From Camelus ferus (taxonomy: Eukaryota): a stretch of 64,000 nt of DNA. Positions 37,300 through 47,836 of the stretch are shown piece after piece. Location: contig NC_045696.1 of assembly GCF_009834535.1 (NCBI RefSeq), positions 67,396,001 through 67,460,000 on the forward strand, read 5' to 3'. The first letter of the stretch is position 1. Each line of letters starts with the position of its first letter. Below the pieces are notes generated by a model that did not search any database, was not told the origin of the DNA, and saw nothing but the letters and a program-made list of their open reading frames with translations. Made by a program: the position numbers and the translations under genes.

Positions 37300-37630
37300 A
37301 TAACCATGAAATCGTCTTGGCCATAAATTGTTTGTGGATACATTCATTTGGAGCCAAAGTACCAAAACATTCATGGGAATGATAACCACCAAATTCAAAC
37401 AGTGTTTTCCTTGGTAGAGAACAGGAGGAAAAGGAGGAGGGAGGAAGAGGAAACGGGAGGTGGGGGCTTTAACTATGTGTGTTACATTTAATTTCTTTTA
37501 AGAAAAAAGAGATCTGAAGCAAATATGGCAAAATGTTAGCATCTGTTCATTTTCTGATGGTGAGTACATGACATCTGTTAGAGCTTTTCTGTATGATTAC
37601 ATGTTTAATAATTTAAAATAAAAATATAAA
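37300..37630 (+). mobile_element. Ancient L1ME-type 3' end
   Basis: gataaccaccaaattcaa..gatctgaagcaaatatggcaaaatgttagcatctgtt..tggtgagtacatg. Confidence 0.75.
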
Positions 37631-38069
37631 GCAATAAGTGTATTTAAAATCTAATAAATTAGGTTTATATTAATATGTAATCATGGTAGAAAATCTAGAG
37701 ATTTTATGAATAATAACACAGGAAGATAATGAGTTTTAAAAGTTATGGTGTTGTCTAGCTGATGTGATATTTCTCAGGTAAAATAGTAGATCTTAATCCA
37801 GTGAGATTCAGATAGGAAGTTCATGTCATGGTAGGTTTGCGTACTGACAGATAATAGACGTGTGTTAGGAGGTAGATTTCAGGATTCTTCAAATCACAGT
37901 GTCTGGCCAAACATTCCAGAAACATCCAGTTTTTGATCCCTCACCTGGCTGGCCAGAAAGTCCCATTTTAAGAACCAGGCTCTCATACTCTCATATGGAA
38001 AGAAAATTTTAAAGACTTCTGAACTATCGATGATAATGTTACAAACTTCACAAACTAAAATTCATGGGT

Positions 38070-38225
38070 GGAAACCAACAAGGCTGTGGAAGACCAAAAC
38101 AATACCATTAACCACTGGCTCTGATTGACATTTATAGAACACTCTGCCCAACAAGAGCAGAATGCAGATCCTTTTCAAGTGCACATGGCACATTCACCAA
38201 GATAGACTACATCCTGGGTTATAAA
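38070..38225 (+). mobile_element. L1 ORF2 endonuclease-domain fragment (dead)
   Basis: 38172-38225 translates FSSAHGTFTKIDYILGYK, the conserved L1 endonuclease motif; upstream attgacatttatagaacact also matches L1. Confidence 0.9.
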
Positions 38226-40099
38226 CCTTCTGGGTGTCTCCCATGAAGCAGAGACCTTCAGACCCTCGCTCAGAAACAAGCCTCATTTTACATAAAATTG
38301 ATGGGCCATCTGGAGTCTCTGACCACAGCATGAACAGAAGAGAAAGCAGAATTGCCTCGCGTTGGGCAACACTCATCAGTAATAACTGGCTGCCAGGCCA
38401 TTTGGGAGGAGACAAAAGAGCTATAAAACACAGACACAAGAGCCCAGAGCATAGCAGTCCAGGTCCACCCAGTTCAGGGGCAAAGCATAACCAGCCCAGG
38501 ACCGCCTGAGGCCCTCCTGCGACAGCACACTCAGTGGTCTAGCAGAAAGAGCATGGGAGTCAGCTGAAGAGGGTCTGGGCCTGGCTGCACCACTAACCCA
38601 CAAGAGGCTGTGGGCCAGACCCTTTCACTTCTCCTTTCTGGGAACTAGCTTCCTCTTGGGCAAAATGGAGTCACTAGGATCTAGTGACTAGGTTTCCATG
38701 ATGATGTCCGCGTCTACCTCTCTGGGACTATTTTTGTGTTCATTCGAATTCCCCCTGGGTCTTCAAGAAAAGGATGGATAATGCATGGTGATTTTTGTGT
38801 TCAAAGACAGAGGACAGTGTGAGGCATCGGGAGGGCGTGTTTACTTACATGCACTGGCTTATTCCCTCAACAATCGTTGAGGTGCTCAGAAGTCTCCCCA
38901 AGGGTTCCACAAGGACATATTTACAAACAGCTTCCAAAAAGCAGTAAAATGGCAAAAACAAGCCTTGCAAGAGAAACTCTGTATACCAGACAATTTAATT
39001 CCGAAACAATGGACCACATGAGGGTGTATAAATAACTAATTACGCTGGACAACATGAACAGCTTTTTTGGATGATTGCAAAATTGGGGAGGAAGGAAATG
39101 TGATGGGTATTTATATATTTGGGCTCCAGTCAAAGATTTCATATTCACTCTTAAGCAATTTGACTTGCAAAATTAGCTCAGACTAGAACATGGTCAAACA
39201 ACTTGAAACCGGCAGCCAGTCTGCTCTCCAAGGGGCTGTTTGTGCCTGTGCCTCCAGGAGACTGGAGCGGAGGACCGGGGATGTGCCCCTGCGGTCTCTG
39301 CAGGACGTTCCGGGTCCCTTGTCTCCACAAAGACCTAGAGGAGTGGAGACTGTTGCGGGGTGGGGGGCATTTTTAATAAGTAGTTTCAATGGGGAGCCAA
39401 GCTCTGGTTATCACACAAGCACGTATTCCTGGATGCTCAGTTCCATATTCTTCCTGAATCCCTACTGTGTGATCAGTACTCCGCCAAGTCCTGTAGATAC
39501 AGAGACTGAATCTCTGTGAGAGGCACTGGGATACCTCACTCACCGTGGTATATCTGGTGCCTACTTCTGCCTCTGGTACCTAAATACCAGGTGTGCTGAA
39601 AACTTGTTGGACCAATGAATTGTTGAATGAAATGAGTAGAACACAGTCCTTATCCAAGCAGAATCCTCGGTCTGGTGGATGACATAAAACTGGGCAGTTT
39701 TGTCTAATACAGAGCAGGTGGCAATACACGTGATCACCCAGGTGCCAGAGGCTCTGAGCACAGAAGAGACAGAGCAATCAATTCCGACCTTAGGGACTGG
39801 CAAGAATCTTCCCTTCCTGCTGCAAGATCCTCACACACCCATTTCCCCAATGATACTCTCTGCTAAATCCTATTTATCACCATAACATCACTTCCAGATT
39901 AGAGCTGGACCTTGAAAAAAGAGTCAGACAAAGAGAGATTTAGAAGAAGAGAATGCCCGGAGGATGGAACAGCATGACCAGAAGGAAGGAAGGAAGGGGA
40001 AAAGTGCAGACAGAAGTGACTGAAATGGTCCTGAGGAGCAGACCAGGGTTCCCCACAAATGACACACCAAGGAAAGGCCACTGATGGTTCTTGAGGGAA

Positions 40100-40600
40100 A
40101 AAAATAAAATTATCAGAGCTGGAACTTAAAAAAGTGGCTCACGAAACTTTCTGAAGGATTGATTGGTGGAAAGAGAAACTGGAAAGAGATCATTAGGAGG
40201 CAGCTAAAGTGTCCAGGAAGAAAGTGATGGAGGTCTGAGCAGGGCAGCTCTAGGTAGGAATGAAAAGATCAAAGACAGGGCTGCAGAATAAGTGAAAGGA
40301 ATTAGATGTGAGAAGACAGAGGAAGGAGCATCCATCAAGAACCCTCAAGTTTCTACCTGGGAGACCGGCTGGAGGGAACGGAGCTGTGAGCAGAGATGGT
40401 AAACACAGCAAAAGGGGGAGGAGTTTGGGAATGAAGTAAGAGTTTGATATCGACATCTGGTGTTTGAGGTGCTGAAGCGCCATCGGTGGGAACTGATCAG
40501 CAGAAGTGAGATCCGGACTAAGATGTGGATTTAGGCAACAGCTGCCCAGAGCGGGTACTGGAGTTGGTGAGTCTTACATGAGAATGCCTGGGACATGCCC
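40100..40600 (-). mobile_element. L2 internal fragment
   Basis: cattaggaggcagc..gtccagg..gtgatggaggtctgagcagggcag, aattagatgtgaga..catcaagaa, gtttgaggtgc. Confidence 0.65.
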
Positions 40601-42259
40601 TTCCATTTTCCCTGCACCACCGCTCAGCCTGAGCCTCAGACAACCACCCCAGTCTTCCAGGATGCTAGAACCCTCTTTCTGCCTCCTTTGCTGGAAATAG
40701 AGCAACAGAGGACACCTGCTTGTCATTCAGTTGTTGGCACAATTGTACGCATGGCTCTCAGATCCTGGAAAATCGCCTTTGTAAACTTGAAGAGGTTTTT
40801 GACAGTTTCTCCTCCTGCTCTGCCCTTTCAACCTGTGCGTGTAGCCTGGGGTCACCCAGACTTAATTCTCTCCCACCCCACACTCCAGGTATCCAGAGCA
40901 AAGTACCCCCTGACCATGCTGAGCCGTGGGTCCTGATCAAGGAAATGAGGAACCTGGGAGAAAAAAAAATAAACAAGAACCCTACACAGAACTAGAAAAA
41001 ATTCTCCCCATAGTAGAAATTTGAACTTGACTGACAGAAAGATTACACCCCTAAGTGTTTTCAAACTTAAACAAGGAGGGAACCCAGCCAAGTGTCAGAC
41101 TGGTGTGGAGGGATTTGCCAAGGTGAGGGGGACCCCACGGTTAGTTTGTCATGACAGTGGACAGAGAGAACATTGCTTCTCACCAGTCATCCAGGGTCAG
41201 GCACCGGGAGGGTGAGGCCAGACAGATGCAGACACACTCAGCTCTCAAGGAGATTTTCCTTGAAAGAGAAAACAAAGCCAGGATGAGCACTCCACCAGCT
41301 GCTTCCTTCAGGAGACCTGCTGCTGCAGAAGTCGCCCCTCACAGACCTGCCAGGAGGGAAGCTTTGAAATGACTCCTGACAAAGACACGGCATCAGAAAT
41401 TCCTAGAATGACTTCCTGCTCGAATCAAAGGAGCGCAGGGAGAGAAGGGGGTCTGCTGTCAGAGGCGAGTGACTTTGAACCCTGGCCCACACTCGATATC
41501 CTGGAAAACTTGACTACTTAGGGGGCAAATGGGGATCCTGCCTAGTGGCTGATGATCAGCAGAAGCCATTTGCTCTTTTTAAGGCCCCAGAGGGTTCAGC
41601 TTGAGCCTTTCTATGGGAGCAAGGACATCACCACCCTAGGGCAGGACTGCAGTACCCCTCTTCACCTCTCAAAGTGTTGCCCATTATTTTCGTCTCAATT
41701 TCAAAAGTATTTCTGTCTTTGATGTTGGTATTCTTTTCCTTACCATGGGAGGCAGCAAATTTGGATGGGAAAAGGCCCAAGTTCAAAACCTACCTTGCCA
41801 CTCGCTGGCCACTTGGTTTCCCTGCTGAGTGTCCTCAAGCTGTCCTGAGGACTAGGTGATATATGCATATGGCGAAGGACTTTGTGCTCTTGGGCGCTCC
41901 ACACATCAGAGATCATAATCAAGCACTGATTAAGCCTGTTGGTGGATTTTCTTTGACCTCAGTTGCTGCTCCATTTTCTCTGAGGACCACACAGTGACCT
42001 CCCTATTCCAGCTGCCTTCTCTCCGCCTCTGTCTACAATGAAACTGACATGTCCAAGGACCACCAGACTGCTCAGCACCTCCGGTCTGTGAGAGCTGCTC
42101 ACGCTGCTTAAGTTAGAGCAATAAGACAGGAAAGAAAGCAGACTCGTTCCCACCATTGGCATAATCCACAACGAAGCACAGTCAAGCTGATCAAAGAAAA
42201 CTGGATCAGCCCGCCTTGCCTGGACCATTCTCAAATAAAGGGAGTTCATTCTGACGGAT

Positions 42260-42465
42260 GGGAACTTGGAGCCAGATCGTCCTGGGTCCCAGTCTCCGTG
42301 AGCCACTTCGGCTAGGTGACTCCAACACGGGACCTAACTTCTCACGATTTCCTTATCGATGTAATGTAGTTAATAATGATAACCAAGGAAAAGAGTCATC
42401 AATATTAAATTAAATGAGATAATAACTGTGAAAGTGTCTGTCACAGAGTAAGTCCCCAAACACAT
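42260..42465 (+). mobile_element. MIR SINE
   Basis: ttggagccagatcgtcctgggtcc..attaaatgagataataactgtgaaagtg..cacagagtaagt. Confidence 0.65.
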
Positions 42466-42504
42466 GGGTTTCCTTCCTTCCTGAAAGGGCCGGAGAAAAG
42501 AAGC

Positions 42505-42745
42505 AATAACAACAACAATAATAGTAACTGATGTTTATATCGCACTTATGACCCAGAAGGCCCCATGCTAGAAGCCTTACTTATATGACTTCACAACTGT
42601 TTTCATCCTCATGTGATGGATGAGTGAGCTGAGGCTCAGTGAGATAAGCACGCACCTGGGGCCAGGTAACTCACAGGGGCAGAATCAGGGCTCAACGCAG
42701 GGAGTCTGACGCTCGAAGCATCGCACTCACCACCTTGCTGTAGCG
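42505..42745 (-). mobile_element. MIR SINE, tail-to-tail with the preceding MIR
   Basis: aataatagtaactgatgtttat..gatgagtgagctgaggctcagtgaga..ggcagaatcagggctcaacgcagg..gtctgac. Confidence 0.65.
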
Positions 42746-43329
42746 CATCCCATGGTTGTGGGTATTAACCCACAGGGGACCGTTCTGCTTTGTTCTGATA
42801 TGTGATACATAGGCTTTTTCCCTCTTATTACTATGGAATGGCTTTCTAGAAAAAATACATTCTACTTAGTTGTTTTTTTAACTATTGCAAATGTGCTTTC
42901 CTGTCATTGATAATGACTCAGCTTCTGACAAGCTTGCTAATCGAGTGTTATTTTTCCCCCACCGAAACCTCCTTTGCAAAGTTCACATGCATCACGCAGT
43001 TATTTATGGTTTGAGGAAGCACATCCTATAGTGTAAACTGAAGAATGTTTATTAAAGTTAGAATTAACAGTGATTGACTTGATTTCACTGATTAGATAAT
43101 TGGGGAAATGCACAGGTAATTTAGTATTTACAGGAGAAGGTCGGGAGTGGTTTCTGGGAGGGGCCAGCAGACCTATTCCAGAAGACTTTGCTCAGCCTTG
43201 CCCCCCAAAACCACCCTACTCTGGAGCATGAAAGGAAATTACGGTCTCTGCATTTGCTTATGGTGGATTCACTTATCTCACAAAAGCTGCACTCTGATCA
43301 GTTCTACTTTGACACCTCCCAAGGCGCTG

Positions 43330-43820
43330 GTGTCTGCGAAAATAGAAACGAACCACAGCCGGGCCTCGAGGGTCCTCCACACTTGCCTCCCCATGCTGCA
43401 GACCACTTCTCCAATACTCTCTTCCACCACATTTCAGGCCCTGTTTTCCCTAGCTACTCACAGAGTCCTCCTGCCCCTGGGCCTTTGCACAGGCAGGTCC
43501 CTCCTCTTTCCACTCTGTGGATGTTCTAGTAAATTTTCTAGAATGTTTAAACTGAAACTTCCCCACGTCTATGTCCCAGATACCCTCAATGCGGAATTAA
43601 CATTTCTTGAATTTCCCACTGTGTAAAACTTCGCTTCCATTTTAGAACTGATCACTGATCATCTCTAGTTACACTGTGTGTGTGTATCTGCTCCTTTCAC
43701 CAGAGCGAGCCCCTAATTGGCAGGGTGAAGGTCACATTCATCTCTGATCATCCTCATAGTCCTTCATCAACACAATTCCTCGTGAAAGAAACTTTCAGTA
43801 AATTTTGGTTTACCTGAATT
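43330..43820 (+). mobile_element. L2 3' region
   Basis: ctcctgcccctgggcctttgcacagg..ccctc, ggcagggtgaaggtcacattcatctctg. Confidence 0.55.
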
Positions 43821-44395
43821 GCGCTTCTCACACAGCTGAGTGAAATCACTTCCTGCCTATGCTTCAGTTGAGAGCCCACCCCAAAGGCTAAACCAGCCAA
43901 TAAATGTCTTCCAAGTGACTGTTAGACAGATCAGGCCAGCCAGCTCACAGAGCCAGAGGGAAAACTCTTCTTTAAGCATCTGGAGATTTACTTGACTAAA
44001 GGAGTGATTCCACCAGAACACGTGATTGTGATTCCTCTTATTATCCAGAGTATGAATAAGAATCATTTTATTGTGATAAATTAGTGGCAGGAGTCATGGG
44101 TTTATAGAAAGGAAAATTAATAACGCACCACTACATTGTATTTATAGAATCTTACTCAGGCATTCTTTGCACATACTCTTCAATAATAAGAATTTACTCT
44201 GTACTATTTTACAGTTGGTACATCAGTGTATGATTTTATCCTTATAGCAACCCAGAGAAGCTGGGCTCATTGTCAATTTACACACAAGAAAATCAGGGTC
44301 CAAGCAGGCAGAGACGAAGAATTATTTGGTGCTAGAGTTGGGTCTGAAACTCAGGACCCCTGACTATATGCTGGGTTCTCTTCTCCCAGGCATTG

Positions 44396-44751
44396 TGCTA
44401 TAGACTGAATGTTTGTGTCCCCCCCCCACCCCCAAATTCATATATTGAAACGTAATCCCTAGTGTGACGGTATTAGGAGGTGGGGCTTTTGGGAGGTGAT
44501 TTGGTGCTGAGGCTGGAATCCTCATGAACGGGATGAGTGTTCTTACAGAAGCGGCCCCAGAGAGACCCCTTGGCCCTTCATCCATGTGAGGACACAGGGA
44601 GATGACAGCCATCTATGAGCCAGGAAGAGGCCCCTCACTAGAGACTTGTTCTTGGTCTTCCAGCCTCCAGAACTGTGAGAAATGAATGTTTGTTGTCTAA
44701 GCCATCCAGTCTGTGGTTGACTTGTTACAGCAGCCAGGACGGACTAATACA
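44396..44751 (+). mobile_element. MaLR solo LTR, MLT1A/MLT1A0-like
   Basis: tgctatagactgaatgtttgtgtcccc..aaattcatatattgaaa..gtattaggaggtgggg..ccatgtgaggacacag..cagcctccagaactgtgagaaa..gactaataca. Confidence 0.93.
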
Positions 44752-46684
44752 CACTACCAAGGGCTTCAGGAACCTCCCAAGGTACACCTGTAAGGTGAGC
44801 AGCCTCCTCTCCAGGCCTGGGGGTCCTTGTCTGAGGCCTGTGTATATACTATTTGTGCCACTCCAGCCTCACTTGGGCAAGCACACTTTAGGACTCTCAG
44901 TGCTGTGGAATTGCAGACCCCAGGGTGTTTCAGCATCCATGGCCTCTGATGACATCTTAGAGCCTTACTTCCAATTTTTCTCTCCAAGTCCCCTACATTC
45001 AAGAAATAACATTATGCCCTTACTTTCTGAGCCACACCTCCCTCTCAACTTCCCCCTGTATGATGAACTGCCTTCCTCTCTCAGATACCTTCCTTCACAA
45101 TGAAATTAGTGACAGAACTGTACCCAGAGGAGGGGTTGTTCTCACTGAGCTAGATCTCCATCTAATTTAGTAGAACATTAATTTACAACATAAGCTCCTC
45201 GGTTGCCTAGAATATAGCTTAGCACATAGAAGATGCTTCATACATATTTTTGTCAAGGAAAGTAAATAAATAAGAAATAACAGTATTAATACGCATATTA
45301 TTTAGAGTTGTGGAGGTAATCACCATCAAGACTAGAGCAAGGATGGTTTGAAGTCATTGCCTCTGAGTAAAATGACTCATGTAGGGAAAGGAATGAATCA
45401 GGAGTCTATTGCCTTTATAATGTGCCTTCAGGGAGGAGTCAGCCTAGTCCCCACTGAAGTCTTTCTTTGGCCTTTCTAGCTGCGATAACCACACCTTCCC
45501 CATCTGAAAATTAAAAACCACTCACTGGGGAGCACGAAGTCCCCCCCCCCGTTTTTACCTGCAGTTGCTTTTACCATGTGGCTCTATTAACCTTAATAAA
45601 AATCCAAACACTAAGCATATTTTAAAAATCAGTCAGCTTCTATGCTTTGCCACTAGTGGTTTCTGGATTGCATCATAAACAAAAGCCCAAAAGCCTCCAG
45701 CAAGAGTTCTTTCTTCACTCTCCTTCCTGTAGCCTAGAACAACGCGGCCGAATGGAAGAAATAAACAGACGCGAACAGAGAGGAACACAGCCCTTTCACA
45801 TGCTCAACGCTGTTTCTTTCAGAATGGTTACTAAGTCCTTTTCCCATCAATCTTCTCATGAACCTATTCCCAGAGTCCACTGAAGTCTCCAGCTACCCCA
45901 CCCCTCGTCTCCTCCCGTCCACCGTGAGTCTCAGGCCTCCTTGGCCCTGGGACTTCGCTCTCAGCACTCACAGAGCGAGCCCAGGACACATCAGATTAGC
46001 CTGACGCTGAGGCTGAGCAAGGATGGCGTGCCATACTGGAGATGGCACAGCTTAGGCCAAAATAAACGTTTAAGCCTGAAATGAAAGAAGAGAGACAAAG
46101 AGCTGCGGGTAGGAGGAGGGTGTGTGCTCCAAGCCTGCTTCTGCTGCCCAGTGGCTGCGGGTCCCTGAACGAGTCGCTTCTCTGGACAGCAGGCTGCTGC
46201 TTCCCGTGAGATGGGGACAAAACCCTGCCTTGTCAGCCCATAGGGTGCTGGTGATCAACAGGGGAGATCCTGGGTGTTACAACTGGGGGCGCGCTGAGGC
46301 TCTGTGTATTTTGAGACCTTTGTTATCATACATTGGGCTGTAAAGAGGAGGAATCGTTTTATTTCCCCCTGGTCTGGAACTTTGAGTCACAAAGCAGCTA
46401 AGTCAGCAGCTTTGGGGCAGCCCTCGGGGAGGAATTCTGGCCTCTTGCCTCCTGTCCTACTTGTTAAAAATCCAGCACATTGTTCTAGAATAGAATGCAT
46501 CATATAGATGTGAGCTTTAACAGCAAGCCCAGAGGGGCCGCGGGCTGCAATCCGGGCCCTCCCCGCAGGACCCCAGAGCACGGTTGTGCTGACTCCTGTG
46601 TTCTCTCCTCGGGCTTCACCTTTCAGACCCAGATTCAGAAAATGGGCATTGAGGGCGTACTGCTTCTGGGGGAGATTCACGGCA

Positions 46685-46830
46685 CTTAGCTGAATCCCAA
46701 CAACTCTGTGAGGCAGGTGTGCCTATCACCCCATTGTCAAGATGAGGACTGAAGCTGAGAAAGATGAAATGAGTTACTCAAGCCTGCCTGGAATTCAAGG
46801 CCCAGATCTCCTCTGTCTGAGCTCCTGGGC
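46685..46830 (-). mobile_element. MIR SINE
   Basis: caacaactctgtgaggcagg..cccattgtcaagatgaggactgaagctgaga. Confidence 0.7.
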
Positions 46831-47067
46831 TTCGTGGTGACCAGACCAGGAAACCAGCTATGGGGGGGTCAGAACCGAGCTCCAGGCTAGGCTGGGCCAG
46901 AAGTGGTGAGCCCACCACCACCCTCCCTTCCTGCAAAGCACTTGCTCTCCAGGGGGTTCTAGAGGCTTCCAGGAGGGCCTTCTCTAACCCAGCTGCCAGC
47001 CTAGGGGAGACGTCAAGAGAGTCTGTCTTCTCAGGTCTGTTTCTGGTTTCTCCATTTGAGGGGGCCC

Positions 47068-47836
47068 TTGCAACCCAGGACCTGGGCCTAAGGTCATACA
47101 GCCAGGGACTGTGACACCCAGGACAAATCTCCAGGCTCTCTGTGTGGCAGGGCACCCTCTCCAGGTGGTGCACCAGCATCAGTGTCACCCAGGCTGGGCA
47201 GACACGGCTCGTGCAGGTTCCCAGCCAGCCAGGGCCTCACCTGAGAGCACCCCAGTTCCTTGTGTGTACCTGGGGACCATTACTATAGGTTCTAGAAGGG
47301 TCTTTTGGTCTGTGGGCAAGGTAGGACTCAGGAGAGAGGGCTGTCATCCTGGAGGTGAAGCAACCGCTACATTCTCTAAGGATTCAGGAGGCCACGCCAT
47401 CTTTGTCTCAGAGTTCATTCTACTCTCTGGGCACTTGATGTAGATTCCTGTTCAGGATTAGGAGACACTGGCTCTAGACACCCTTATGCCAGGAATCTCA
47501 CTGAGTCTCTGAATCTGGAGGAGGCCCTGGAGGCAAGGCTGGGCTCCCAGATAGAATGGGCTGCTCCCCCAGTGGAGGGTGTGGGTGTCCCCAGAGGCCT
47601 GGCAGAGGGCTCTGGCCTCTTCTCTCCAGGTGGCTCCCCTTTCTACAGCTATGCTTCAGGGCAGCCCTTGGGCTCTCCAGCTCCCACCGGGGCCACAGGG
47701 AGGGACATGAGCCTCTGAGGGCTTGTAGCTCACAGCTTCCTCCCACCTCTCCGACCACGGCCTGGCACTTCCGGGTCTGGGTTTGAGGGAGTCAGTCTGT
47801 GGCTGTATGACCTTAGGCCCAGGTCCTGGGTTGCAA
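47068..47836. repeat. Perfect 37-bp inverted repeat pair (47068-47104 and 47800-47836) around a 695-bp spacer
   Basis: ttgcaacccaggacctgggcctaaggtcatacagcca and its exact reverse complement tggctgtatgaccttaggcccaggtcctgggttgcaa. Confidence 0.95.

Noticed and set aside
38669..38689. 9-bp hairpin agtcactag-gat-ctagtgact
   Set aside because: Short, within a decayed MIR-like segment, and near chance expectation
41796..41816. Reverse-strand CTCF-like tggccagcgagtggca
   Set aside because: The strongly conserved central AG is swapped to GA
47068..47836. Canonical DNA transposon/MITE reading of the 37-bp inverted repeats
   Set aside because: No TSD, the termini match no hAT, Tc1/mariner or piggyBac end I know, and there is no transposase; kept only as an unexplained inverted repeat
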